DNA of 64,000 nt from positions 11,555 to 75,554 of IMG/VR virus record IMGVR_UViG_3300037488_001841. One strand, given 5' to 3'. This stretch comes from a virus. Below, piece after piece: positions 30,357 through 40,403 of this stretch (positions are counted from its first letter, which is position 1; each line of letters opens with the position of its first letter). The translations under genes and the position numbers were made by a program. The notes beneath the pieces were generated by a model, which saw only the letters and a program-made list of their open reading frames with translations, made no database searches and was not told where the DNA came from.

Positions 30357-33300
30357 GTTGTGGACAAATACTATATAACCTTTATATAACCGGCGATTGT
30401 ACTAATACAAACGTTGGGGAAATTTACGTTGAAATAACGGGAGGTACGTCTCCGTATACTGTTTATGAGGTTACATCAACAGGATTATTACCAACATCGG
30501 CGGCAACAACCACATATTATTATAGTGGTCTTTCTGCTGATACCTATGTTTTGGCGATACAAGATTCTTGTATTTCTGGAGTGACTACCGAATATCTTAA
30601 TATACCGATATCTTCGGGAACTTCAATAAGTGTTGAATCCTCAACAAATACAATATGTGGTGTTGATAATGGTGAAATTACTTTTGGGTTTACTCCTTTT
30701 TATGGTTATGGTGAAGGTCTATTATACGAAACAACAAATGGTTATATAACCAGTGGATCAACAGGAACCAGCGGGTTAACATTTTCAAATTTATCAGGGG
30801 GTACTTATTATATTATTGGTGATAATGGAGCTGGTTGTACAGGATCAAGTGCTAGTGTTATTATTTTAACCTCAACAACATTAGATTATGGTTTTTATGT
30901 TGTTGATGATGCTAGTTGTAATGTGGCAAGTGGGTCAGGTAAAATATTTGTGACAGGTCAAACAGGTATTGGACCATATACTTACATTTGGAGTAATGGT
31001 CAAACAGGGTCTACCGCAACAGGGTTAACAATAGGGTTTTACGACGTAACCGTAACCGATTCAACGGGATGTTCTGCAACTAGTGGGACATCGGTTAATA
31101 ATGTACCACCAATTGGAATTGCATCATTTACCACAACGGGAAGTACTTGTTTTAATAGTGATGGGGCGGTTGAAGTAACGGTAACTGGTGGTACGGCTCC
31201 GTTTTTTTTCTCAGGATCCAACGGGGATACAATAATAACGTTTGGTAATTCATACACGTTTGAAAATTTACCTTCAGGTACATTAACGGTAACAGTTAAA
31301 GATGCTGGTTTGTGTAGTGATACCCAATCGGTATCGTTAATAACTCCTAATGGATTTGCGGTATCTTCAATATCTTCAACTAATTCAATTTGTGGAAGTA
31401 ATGGGTCAATTAATATTTTAGTTAATACGGGGTCTCCAACGGGAACATTTACGTATACTATATTGGATTCTTCGGGAAATACTGTTAACACAATTACGGT
31501 AGGTACTAATGCGACATTTAATAATTTACCTTCAGATACATATACAATATTAATTGATAATAATTCGGGTTGTGTTTATACAGGATCAACAACTATTACA
31601 AATGTTAATTTATTTACAATAACTGCGGTAACAACTAATACAACTTGTGGGTTAAATAATGGGTCTATTCAGATCTTAACTACCACGGGAGGAACTTTAC
31701 CTTATAGTTATCAAATAACTGGATATGCGGTTTCACCTATTAATAGTTATAATAACTTACCTTCAGGATTTTATACGGTTACTGTTACTGATGCAAATGG
31801 GTGTTCTCAGGTGACTACAACATATGTTGGGACATCAAGTTCGGTATTCTGTAATTTATATACAATACAACCGGTTAATGGTAATGATGGTGAAATAACC
31901 GCATTTGTTAGTAGTGGTACTCCTCCTTTTACGTATAATTGGAGTCCAAATGTTAATTCCCAAACTGGTGATACTGTTACAAATTTAAGTGCGGGAACAT
32001 ATACATTACAAGTTGTGGATGATCTTGGATGTGTCACAACTAAAAGTGTTATCTTACAGGGGACTATTCTTTTAGGTGATTATCAAGTTTATAATATTAG
32101 CGATACTAATTTTGTTGATAGTGGAGTTGATGGTAGAAGGGGAATAGGTCAAATGTATAATGAAGGATTTTTTGATCTAACTGATAATGATACAAATTGT
32201 ATTGTTAATAGTGGTCAATTTATAATAGAAACAATTGTTAATGGTGAGGTTAAACAAAATTTATTTTATACCTCAACAGGAATATACGATTACCCTACAG
32301 ATACTGAATGGACTAATATTGTTAAAAGTACTTTGTTAAGTTATCCTGATATTGGTGAGGTTGATATTGATATTACTAAAAATAAAATGACAATTGTTAA
32401 TGATTGTAAAGATATTAACAAAAGTTGTGTTCAAACAAAATTTAACACATTAGCAGATGCTAAAGTGATAGTTAATTTAATAATTAATTATGATATTTCT
32501 TGTGTTCAATGTGATCTACCGGTAATTACTCCTACCCCGACGCCAACTAACACTGTGACACCAACAAACACACCAACTAACACTGTGACACCAACAAACA
32601 CACCAACAAATACATTAACACCAACAAACACATTAACACCAGGGTTATCACCAACAAGTACTCCGACAATGACAATGACTAACACGGTTACATCAACTCC
32701 GACTATAACACCTACGAATACAAATACCGCAACTCCGACTATAACACCTACAAATACAATTACGCCAACAAATACAACAACGCCAACAAATACCAAAACT
32801 CCAACCTCAACCGCAAGTAATACTCCAACGCCAACAAATACAATTACGCCAACAAATACAATTACGACAACAAATACTGAAACGCCAACACAAACACCAA
32901 CTAATACCATAACACCTACAAACACCGAAACACCAACACAAACACCAACAAATACAAATACACCAACAAATACGGAAACTCCAACCAATACGCCAACGAC
33001 AACAAACACCGAGACGCCTACAAATACACCAACAAATACAATGACATCTACCCCAGCTGCGACCCCAAATAATAGTCCAACTGCTACTTCAATCCCAACA
33101 ACAACTCCAACCCCAACAAACACTGAAACACCTACAAATACGCCAACAAATACCATAACTCCAACTAACACTGAAACGCCAACAACAACTCCAACACCTA
33201 CAAATACGCCAACAAATACTATAACACCAACTAACACTGAAACGCCAACACAAACACCAACACCTACTGTAACTCCAACTAACACTATAACTCCAACAAA

Positions 33301-33958
33301 CACCATAACACCAACAAACACTGAAACACCTACAAATACGCCAACAAATACTCCAACTCCAACAAGAACTCCTACACCAACAACAGATTATATTTTTGCA
33401 AATGCGGATCCTTGTTGTGGAGGACCAACACAAGTGATGTATTTACCAAGTGTTTACCAAAACCTTTCAATCTTATATATTGTGGGAGCAACAAATGGAC
33501 AATGTTATACGATTGGTGGACCAACAACTGGCCCGGCAAATATAACTTGGGATGGTAATCTACCATATGGTGAAGATGATTGTAACGCTTGTCCATACTT
33601 ATGTCTTACACCAACACCAACAAATACCATAACTCCAACAAACACTGAAACACCTACAAATACGCCAACAAATACCATAACTCCAACTAACACTGAAACA
33701 CCAACTAATACACCAACACCAACTCAAACTCCACCAACTCCTGTGAGTTGTAAACAAGGATCTATCCCTGAATTTACACCATATAGTTTCTATGATTGTT
33801 GTGGTATTCTACAAACAGGAACCACTAACGGAACAACGGCATTTGATTGCTATGATTCAAATCAACCATACTCAGGTATCTCAGGTGGAAGTGATTGTGC
33901 GTCACCACCTTCATGTACCGTAACACCTACACCAACGAATACTCCAACCCCAAAATAA
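30353..33958 (+). CDS. Tail-fibre/adhesin-like protein: tandem SprB-like repeats + long Thr-Pro mucin-like region + Cys-rich modules
   Basis: Repeated C...G.I.V..TGGT.PY.Y.W.....NL..GTY.V.V.D..GC units; about 285 aa of TPTNT(I/E) repeats. Confidence 0.75.
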   Translation: MSCGQILYNLYITGDCTNTNVGEIYVEITGGTSPYTVYEVTSTGLLPTSAATTTYYYSGLSADTYVLAIQDSCISGVTTEYLNIPISSGTSISVESSTNTICGVDNGEITFGFTPFYGYGEGLLYETTNGYITSGSTGTSGLTFSNLSGGTYYIIGDNGAGCTGSSASVIILTSTTLDYGFYVVDDASCNVASGSGKIFVTGQTGIGPYTYIWSNGQTGSTATGLTIGFYDVTVTDSTGCSATSGTSVNNVPPIGIASFTTTGSTCFNSDGAVEVTVTGGTAPFFFSGSNGDTIITFGNSYTFENLPSGTLTVTVKDAGLCSDTQSVSLITPNGFAVSSISSTNSICGSNGSINILVNTGSPTGTFTYTILDSSGNTVNTITVGTNATFNNLPSDTYTILIDNNSGCVYTGSTTITNVNLFTITAVTTNTTCGLNNGSIQILTTTGGTLPYSYQITGYAVSPINSYNNLPSGFYTVTVTDANGCSQVTTTYVGTSSSVFCNLYTIQPVNGNDGEITAFVSSGTPPFTYNWSPNVNSQTGDTVTNLSAGTYTLQVVDDLGCVTTKSVILQGTILLGDYQVYNISDTNFVDSGVDGRRGIGQMYNEGFFDLTDNDTNCIVNSGQFIIETIVNGEVKQNLFYTSTGIYDYPTDTEWTNIVKSTLLSYPDIGEVDIDITKNKMTIVNDCKDINKSCVQTKFNTLADAKVIVNLIINYDISCVQCDLPVITPTPTPTNTVTPTNTPTNTVTPTNTPTNTLTPTNTLTPGLSPTSTPTMTMTNTVTSTPTITPTNTNTATPTITPTNTITPTNTTTPTNTKTPTSTASNTPTPTNTITPTNTITTTNTETPTQTPTNTITPTNTETPTQTPTNTNTPTNTETPTNTPTTTNTETPTNTPTNTMTSTPAATPNNSPTATSIPTTTPTPTNTETPTNTPTNTITPTNTETPTTTPTPTNTPTNTITPTNTETPTQTPTPTVTPTNTITPTNTITPTNTETPTNTPTNTPTPTRTPTPTTDYIFANADPCCGGPTQVMYLPSVYQNLSILYIVGATNGQCYTIGGPTTGPANITWDGNLPYGEDDCNACPYLCLTPTPTNTITPTNTETPTNTPTNTITPTNTETPTNTPTPTQTPPTPVSCKQGSIPEFTPYSFYDCCGILQTGTTNGTTAFDCYDSNQPYSGISGGSDCASPPSCTVTPTPTNTPTPK
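32528..33385 (+). repeat. Coding tandem repeat encoding (TPTNT[I/E/V]) / (TP)n; shorter blocks at ~33608-33740 and ~33915-33955
   Basis: Degenerate 12/18-nt units such as acaccaacaaat / ccaacaaacactgaa. Confidence 0.95.
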
Positions 33959-34057
33959 TAAGAGAATTGGGTAACACTATATAACAAGAACTAAACCATA
34001 CTTAATTCCAAAGTGGATAAAATACACTTTTAAAAAATAATAAGTATCTTTTAAGTT

Positions 34058-35038
34058 ATGAAAGATATAATTTTTGTTACGGCACAACCTGATGTTCCTT
34101 ATTTTCATTGGCAGGTTAAATTATATACACATAATTTCATTGAGATGGGTATTGAACCATGTCAAATTCACGTCATTTTTGGATTAACAAATGGTCAAAA
34201 AGAACCTTCTAAAGGTGCTTTAGAATTATGTGATTATGGTTTTAATGTTCATTTTTATTATGATGATAGAATTGGTAAAAATTACATACCAAGTATAAAA
34301 CCATATTTAATATCAAGATGGTTATATGAACATCCACAATATGGTAAAGTATTTTTCTTACACGATGCTGATATAATTTTTAGGGAATTACCTGATTTTG
34401 ATAAATTAATGTCTGATAACGTTTGTTATTTATCTGATACAATTGGTTATATTGGATACAATTACATTATGGATTGTTGTAAAAGATATGAGAATGTTCA
34501 CCCAAAATCAGAAAAAGGTCAATTGTTAAGTGAAATGGCTGGTATTGTTGGATTAGATGTTGATACAATTAAAAATAATCAAGAAAGTTCGGGAGGTGGT
34601 CAATATCTCTTAAAAAATATGACATACGATCTTTGGGAAAAAATATACTTAGATTGTGTTCCTCTTTATAAACAAATGCATGATTACCATAAAAGACATC
34701 CAATAAGTCCTGGTGAAATACAATTTTGGACTGCGGAAATGTGGTCTTTATTGTGGAATTTATGGTTACATAATTATGAGACCAAAGTGGTTGATGATTT
34801 AAATTTTTCTTGGGCTACAGATGATATTAAAATATATGAAGAAAGACCAATATTACACATGGCTGGTGTTACAGATAATTTAAGAGGAACTAAATTTTAT
34901 AAGGGGGAATATATAAATGTTGATCCAATAGAAAAGTTGAAAGAGAACCCATTACATTTTGATTACATTGAAAAGAATAGTACGACAATAAAATATATTG
35001 AAGTAATGAAATCATTTATTCAAAAAACAATAAATTGA
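34058..35038 (+). CDS. GT-A fold glycosyltransferase resembling plant peptidyl-serine galactosyltransferase / hydroxyproline arabinosyltransferase (GT96/GT95)
   Basis: Colinear motifs YFHWQ, YIPSIKPYLISRWL, HDADIIFR (DxD), SGGG, WTAEMW, KVVDDL, ILHMAG. Confidence 0.7.
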   Translation: MKDIIFVTAQPDVPYFHWQVKLYTHNFIEMGIEPCQIHVIFGLTNGQKEPSKGALELCDYGFNVHFYYDDRIGKNYIPSIKPYLISRWLYEHPQYGKVFFLHDADIIFRELPDFDKLMSDNVCYLSDTIGYIGYNYIMDCCKRYENVHPKSEKGQLLSEMAGIVGLDVDTIKNNQESSGGGQYLLKNMTYDLWEKIYLDCVPLYKQMHDYHKRHPISPGEIQFWTAEMWSLLWNLWLHNYETKVVDDLNFSWATDDIKIYEERPILHMAGVTDNLRGTKFYKGEYINVDPIEKLKENPLHFDYIEKNSTTIKYIEVMKSFIQKTIN

Positions 35039-35039
35039 T

Positions 35040-35046
35040 TATTTAT
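35040..35046 (+). promoter_or_regulatory. TATTTAT motif, putative late promoter
   Basis: Immediately after the GT stop, 20 nt before ATG 35067. Confidence 0.55.
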
Positions 35047-35066
35047 ATATTAAACAAATAACTTAA

Positions 35067-37127
35067 ATGGCGATAATATATAAGGTAGAAAATATAAACC
35101 CGGTTATATACAATAACTTCACATTTGTTGATGGTAATGGGGTTAGTAAATCAATGGATTTATTACCAAATGTATCATATTACATCAATGGTAATAGTGT
35201 CATTTCGCCCGCGTTATTTATTACGGTACTTAATTTAGGTAAAGAAACTATTAGATACTGTTTCCAAAGTTGTTGTAATAATGACATTATTGATTTTGAT
35301 GGGAGTAATCAATTCCCATTTAGTACTTACCAAGTTGGCGATACCATATATTTTGATCAAGCAATCACATCTTCAAATCCTAATAACTATAAAACAGGTT
35401 GTTATGAGTTAATAAGTTTCGGACCCACTAATACACACTCATGTTCAATAGCCGGATCTGAAAATGTTAGTGTTGTTTCTTTTGAAAGTAACCCATATGA
35501 TAGTTGTAATAACTGTATTGTTGATCACAGTTGTTGTGTGAGTTATATAGTTACAAACCAATCATCAACGAATGTTAAAACATCAATTGAATTTACTCCT
35601 TGTTGTGATGAAACTAAAACATCTCCATATTTCATACCATTCCAAACAGGTATATTAGTATGTAGTTCAACAGGTATAAAAGTTTTGGGTGGTGACGTTC
35701 AAGTTATAAATAATGGGAATTGTCCTGATTGTCCTGTTATCACAACAACAACAACGGGACCTGTAGTAACAACCACAACAACATTTGCTCCTCCAATACC
35801 ACCAATTGAGCCTCTTAATGAATGTTCTGTAATAACTATTTTCCCTCTTGGGGTTGAATGTTTTACAGTTGACCCAACAACAAGTGGATCTTTCGATGGT
35901 GCGGTCACTTTAGGTATAACGGGAGGGACACCACCATATGAGGTTGTTTGGGAAAATGGATCATTATCTCAATCGTTAAGTAATATTGGAGTTGGGGAAT
36001 ACAATTCAATTGTTACAGATTATTATGGTGATTTTACTGCATATACCACTTGTGTATTAACCGCTGAAACACCGGTTACAACAACTACAACAACTCAAGA
36101 ACCATTACCATCTTATGAAGATATATGTATAACAATTATTAGAGGTAACAAACTATTTTCTTACGCTGAATATTACCAATTTGATTTTAATAATTATATC
36201 GGAGATTATCCTACTTGGACTAATACAATAGATGGGTTAGATATTGTGTGGGGCGAAACTAACAATCAATGGGAGGTTTCTGGATGGACTATAGGTCAAA
36301 TTATTAATACTAATCCGGCAATACCACCACTAAATGGGTGGGATTCTTTAGGGCCTACATTACCTGATAGAGTATTATCAATAACTGCGGTTTCAGGACT
36401 ATGTCAATTATTAAGTATGCCTAACTTAACGATACGTGTTAATCAACCTGAGTGTGGTTGTGACGGAAGTTTAATCTTAACTCCTTTTGGAGGTACTCCA
36501 CCTTACACTTTTTCTATTGATGGTGGTACGACTTATGCTGCAACAACAATATATAATGATTTATGTCAAGGAACTTATATTGTTTATGTGAAAGATTCTT
36601 CAGGATTTACATATAGTGAAACTGTTACTTTATCGGCACCTACATCATCGGTTAATTATATTTTAACTATGGCATATTTGGGTGGTAATACATTTGGTGT
36701 TAGTATATCTCCTTCATTATCTATTGGGACCACAGTTACTTTTGATGTTATACATACTAACACATTTATTGTTGGACCTTTACAGTCAAGTGCAACTTAT
36801 AATAATACGGTTACATTAAACGTTAATGGGGTTCCGGTTTCTTATACTCCACCACCTGTACTAACCCAACTTTCACCGGTACCTCAACAATTCCCTTGTC
36901 AAGGATCTTTCCAATACACAACAACAAAACAGTTTACGTGGGTTGGTTTAAGTATGACGTTTGGTACAATAATAAATGGTTCGTTTACTAATACAATATC
37001 GCCTGTTTTACCAACACCACAATGTTTTGTTGCAACTACATCATATTATATTTATATAAATAATGTAAGAATAAATAATGATTGTGATACGATAAGAGTT
37101 GTTAACCCTAAACCACCAAAAATTTAA
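35067..37127 (+). CDS. Cys-rich virion protein with SprB-like repeats and poly-Thr linkers
   Basis: DGAVTLGITGGTPPYEVVW, DGSLILTPFGGTPPYTFSIDGG; three TTTTT tracts. Confidence 0.7.
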   Translation: MAIIYKVENINPVIYNNFTFVDGNGVSKSMDLLPNVSYYINGNSVISPALFITVLNLGKETIRYCFQSCCNNDIIDFDGSNQFPFSTYQVGDTIYFDQAITSSNPNNYKTGCYELISFGPTNTHSCSIAGSENVSVVSFESNPYDSCNNCIVDHSCCVSYIVTNQSSTNVKTSIEFTPCCDETKTSPYFIPFQTGILVCSSTGIKVLGGDVQVINNGNCPDCPVITTTTTGPVVTTTTTFAPPIPPIEPLNECSVITIFPLGVECFTVDPTTSGSFDGAVTLGITGGTPPYEVVWENGSLSQSLSNIGVGEYNSIVTDYYGDFTAYTTCVLTAETPVTTTTTTQEPLPSYEDICITIIRGNKLFSYAEYYQFDFNNYIGDYPTWTNTIDGLDIVWGETNNQWEVSGWTIGQIINTNPAIPPLNGWDSLGPTLPDRVLSITAVSGLCQLLSMPNLTIRVNQPECGCDGSLILTPFGGTPPYTFSIDGGTTYAATTIYNDLCQGTYIVYVKDSSGFTYSETVTLSAPTSSVNYILTMAYLGGNTFGVSISPSLSIGTTVTFDVIHTNTFIVGPLQSSATYNNTVTLNVNGVPVSYTPPPVLTQLSPVPQQFPCQGSFQYTTTKQFTWVGLSMTFGTIINGSFTNTISPVLPTPQCFVATTSYYIYINNVRINNDCDTIRVVNPKPPKI

Positions 37128-37135
37128 TAATTAAC

Positions 37136-37142
37136 TATTTAT
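37136..37142 (+). promoter_or_regulatory. TATTTAT motif, putative late promoter
   Basis: 7 nt before ATG 37150, in a 22-nt gap. Confidence 0.55.
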
Positions 37143-37149
37143 ATACAAA

Positions 37150-39684
37150 ATGGCATATATAATAAAAAATACATCAGGACTTGTTAATACTAGAATGACA
37201 GATACAGGTAGATTGAAGATGTCTCAGGGCAATTTCAATATATCATATTTCCAAATTGGTGATAGTGAAGTTTCTTACGATAAAGTTTCTAGTACTTATA
37301 ATCAAGCAAATAGTTTTGTATTAATACCACCATTTGGTAGTCAAAATAGTGATGGGATACCAAAATCAAACAAACAAAATGTTAAATATCCATATTATGT
37401 TGACGGTAATGCAGGAAACACATATGGTATTCCATATATGGATTCTACGGTTGAAAATGTTTTTAACAGAGCGCCATTGAGGGGGTTTTTTACCGGTAAT
37501 ACCACGGCAAGTACAATAACATGGAGTGCATTAACAAGTAGTAATTATGTTAAAACATCTAACTATTTGGTTGATCCTTTTTCGTTAAACGGGACTAATG
37601 AAATAACATTAATTTATTCTGGTTGTAATACCTCATCATTTGGTTCATTTGATGTGGGTGATTTTATTACAATTTATTTTGATGGGTTAGGTTGTCATAA
37701 TTGTACTTGTACTAATTTACCAACTCCAACACCTACGGCATCACAAGGATCAACCCCGACACCTACTCCAACACCTTCGGCAACTAGTGGAACTATTAAT
37801 TGTGCTAGTCCAACTCCAACCCCAACACCTTCAAAAACACAATGTTTAACCCCAACACCAAGTAGACAATGTCCGGCACCGCCAGATCCTGTTTGTTTAA
37901 TGGATATGTATAGTTGTTATCCAATATTAACATATAGAATTATTGCGATTTGTGATAATAAAATAACTTTAGATAGAACTACTCCAAACTTTGGGTTAAT
38001 TAGTAATGAATGTTGTTTTAGGGCTTTAGTGTATCCTAAAACTATGACAGAATTATATGATAGTATAACACCAAGTCCACATTGGGATAATGATGTTATT
38101 AACTATGAAACAATATGTGATGTTGATCAGTTTGATGTTAAAATTTGGAATATGAATATTCCTTGGACTGAAAGTCCTGCGGGTCTAAGATCAACTCAAT
38201 TTGAGGACTATACTTATTTTGGATCAGTTAATTATATAGGAAGTAAGGAGTATTTTGGTTATAATTCAAATTCAGGACAAACTTTCTATGTTAATTCAAC
38301 TTTAAGTGCTGAAACTACTGACACATATTACTACAACTCATTTGATGAGGTGGTAAAAGTTGAACCTGAAGAACAAAAAGCGATTGCGATAATACATTAT
38401 ACAAATCAAACGATTGACTTCTTCTATGGTGAGAAATTTGCGTTAGAACCGTATGATCCATCTAACCCTGACGATACAACAGGGCAAGCAAGAAACTTTA
38501 AATTACATATTCCTTGGATTATGTGGCATAAAAATCCTGAATGTTGTTTTGGAGATACATTTTGGGTAGACCCTCCGGGATTTGATGGTAAGGGATTATT
38601 TGAGGTTCATTTTATGGAATCTAATCTTAATAATGACATGAATAATCCTGGTTTAAGATATTACCATTTATGGGACACACACCCTAATTCTAATGGATTA
38701 CCAAGTAGAATAGGTAAAGTTTTCCCTGATAGTCAAACTATTATTATTGATGATGAAGAAATTGTTGCGGCAATGTCATATAAGGCAAATCGAAATTGGA
38801 CATTACCGGCACCTCAAGTATCATTAATAACTCCAAACATATGTGATACAACCTCATCTACAATTAATGGTATATTAACAGGTAATAATGAAACTATGTA
38901 TATTACATATCGTTTAACTAACGAATATGGATTTACTAATTCATTACATTCAAATTATTATATAAAAATTACAGGTAATAATAATGATTGTTTCCCTGAT
39001 ACGTCTAAGAACGTTGCAATAAGATTCGGGGGAGAGTTTGGTTGTTTGGTGGTACCTGGTTATAACCCAACGACTACAACAACAACTTATAGTCCAATTA
39101 CTACTACTACAACAACATATATTCCTGTAACAACTACAACAACAATATGTCCTACCTGTGACATACCAAATGGATTTTACGCCACAAAATTTGAGGTTTT
39201 AGCTCAGAAGGTACCAACAGGAACCAGACCTAACCCATCTAATTGGAGATTAATTGATTTTACAAATAGTATAAGTGCGGATACAATTAATGGTTATATA
39301 ACTGAGGATGCTTTAACAGGTACTACATTTATAGTGACGGAAACATTATATAATTCGGCACCATATTATAATCTAAATGATTATATTGATTTAACACCAC
39401 TTGGTAATACAAGTCCGAAGTTAAATTTTGGGGATGAGTATTATTTTTATGGTGGAATTGAAACAGATATTCAGGCAACAATATATGAAATGATGTATAA
39501 AGTTAACTTAAATTATACAGAATTCCAAAATACTTCAAACCCAACATGGACTCCTGGCACAAAATCTTACATTACCGAAATTGCATTATTGGACGACAAG
39601 AAAGATGTTTTGGTGGTTTCAAAACTACAATCACCGGTGTTAAGACAAGGGATACAACAGTTTTTAGTTAAGTTTGATTTATAG
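37150..39684 (+). CDS. Tail-fibre/baseplate attachment protein with TP and poly-Thr inserts
   Basis: N-terminal MTDTGRLKMSQG..I.YFQIGD and C-terminal ITEIALLDDKKDVLVVSKL resemble the two halves of the P2 gpH-type fibre-attachment domain. Confidence 0.6.
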   Translation: MAYIIKNTSGLVNTRMTDTGRLKMSQGNFNISYFQIGDSEVSYDKVSSTYNQANSFVLIPPFGSQNSDGIPKSNKQNVKYPYYVDGNAGNTYGIPYMDSTVENVFNRAPLRGFFTGNTTASTITWSALTSSNYVKTSNYLVDPFSLNGTNEITLIYSGCNTSSFGSFDVGDFITIYFDGLGCHNCTCTNLPTPTPTASQGSTPTPTPTPSATSGTINCASPTPTPTPSKTQCLTPTPSRQCPAPPDPVCLMDMYSCYPILTYRIIAICDNKITLDRTTPNFGLISNECCFRALVYPKTMTELYDSITPSPHWDNDVINYETICDVDQFDVKIWNMNIPWTESPAGLRSTQFEDYTYFGSVNYIGSKEYFGYNSNSGQTFYVNSTLSAETTDTYYYNSFDEVVKVEPEEQKAIAIIHYTNQTIDFFYGEKFALEPYDPSNPDDTTGQARNFKLHIPWIMWHKNPECCFGDTFWVDPPGFDGKGLFEVHFMESNLNNDMNNPGLRYYHLWDTHPNSNGLPSRIGKVFPDSQTIIIDDEEIVAAMSYKANRNWTLPAPQVSLITPNICDTTSSTINGILTGNNETMYITYRLTNEYGFTNSLHSNYYIKITGNNNDCFPDTSKNVAIRFGGEFGCLVVPGYNPTTTTTTYSPITTTTTTYIPVTTTTTICPTCDIPNGFYATKFEVLAQKVPTGTRPNPSNWRLIDFTNSISADTINGYITEDALTGTTFIVTETLYNSAPYYNLNDYIDLTPLGNTSPKLNFGDEYYFYGGIETDIQATIYEMMYKVNLNYTEFQNTSNPTWTPGTKSYITEIALLDDKKDVLVVSKLQSPVLRQGIQQFLVKFDL

Positions 39685-39738
39685 CAAAAACTTTAGTTTT
39701 ACATTCGTCCAATTATATTATAATAAAATAATCATTAT

Positions 39739-40347
39739 ATGAGAACACCAATTAAAAACTCACCTAAAGTTTTAGGATTAGATATTTCCACTAAAACCAT
39801 AGGTTGGGCTCTTTTTGACATAAAAACTCAAGAACTATTAGAATTAACTCACGTATCCCCACGACCAAAATCAAAAGATACTGAAGAAAATAAAATGTTA
39901 GAATTAATACTTAAATCTGAAATTTTTAAGACAAAATTAGAGGACTATAAAAAATTAGGTATTGTTAGTGTTATTATTGAAGAACCACTACTTAATTCAA
40001 ATAATGTTTATACCATTCAAACCTTATTAAGATTTAACACATTAATATGTAAAACGATTTATGATATTATTGGGATCGTCCCCGAATTCATATCCACATA
40101 TAATTCAAGAAAGTTTGCGTTCCCTGAATTGGTTAAAGAAAATGATAAGAAGAAACACGTACTATTTGGGGGGTTACCAAAAGACATTGATAAGAAAATG
40201 GTTATATGGGAACTTGTTGCAAAAAGAGAACCACAGATCCAATGGCAGTATACTAAAAATCAAACACTTAAGAAAGAAAACTTTGATCAAACCGATGCTT
40301 ATACCTGTGTATTAGGTTATATGAGAAGTAAAGGAATTTGGGCTTAA
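39739..40347 (+). CDS. ruvC: RuvC-like Holliday junction resolvase
   Basis: VLGLDISTKTIGWA, IIEEP, DQTDA: RNase H-fold acidic residues. Confidence 0.8.
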   Translation: MRTPIKNSPKVLGLDISTKTIGWALFDIKTQELLELTHVSPRPKSKDTEENKMLELILKSEIFKTKLEDYKKLGIVSVIIEEPLLNSNNVYTIQTLLRFNTLICKTIYDIIGIVPEFISTYNSRKFAFPELVKENDKKKHVLFGGLPKDIDKKMVIWELVAKREPQIQWQYTKNQTLKKENFDQTDAYTCVLGYMRSKGIWA

Positions 40348-40372
40348 TATCGTTTAATATACCGATAATTTG

Positions 40373-40403
40373 AAATATCGTCTTTATGGACGATATTTTT
40401 TTT
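40373..40403. terminator. Terminator between convergent genes
   Basis: aaatatcgtct-ttat-ggacgatattt followed by a T run. Confidence 0.75.

Noticed and set aside
32528-33385. Possible CRISPR array
   Set aside because: The units are degenerate in-frame codon repeats without unique spacers, and there are no cas genes nearby.
32506-33693. Minus-strand ORFs rich in VGV (271 aa), CW (114 aa) and similar
   Set aside because: Antisense shadows of the Thr-Pro repeat, whose codons lack stops on the other strand.
39739-40347. TnpB/Cas12-like RuvC effector
   Set aside because: Only 202 aa, with no Zn ribbon or guide/array context; fits a stand-alone resolvase.
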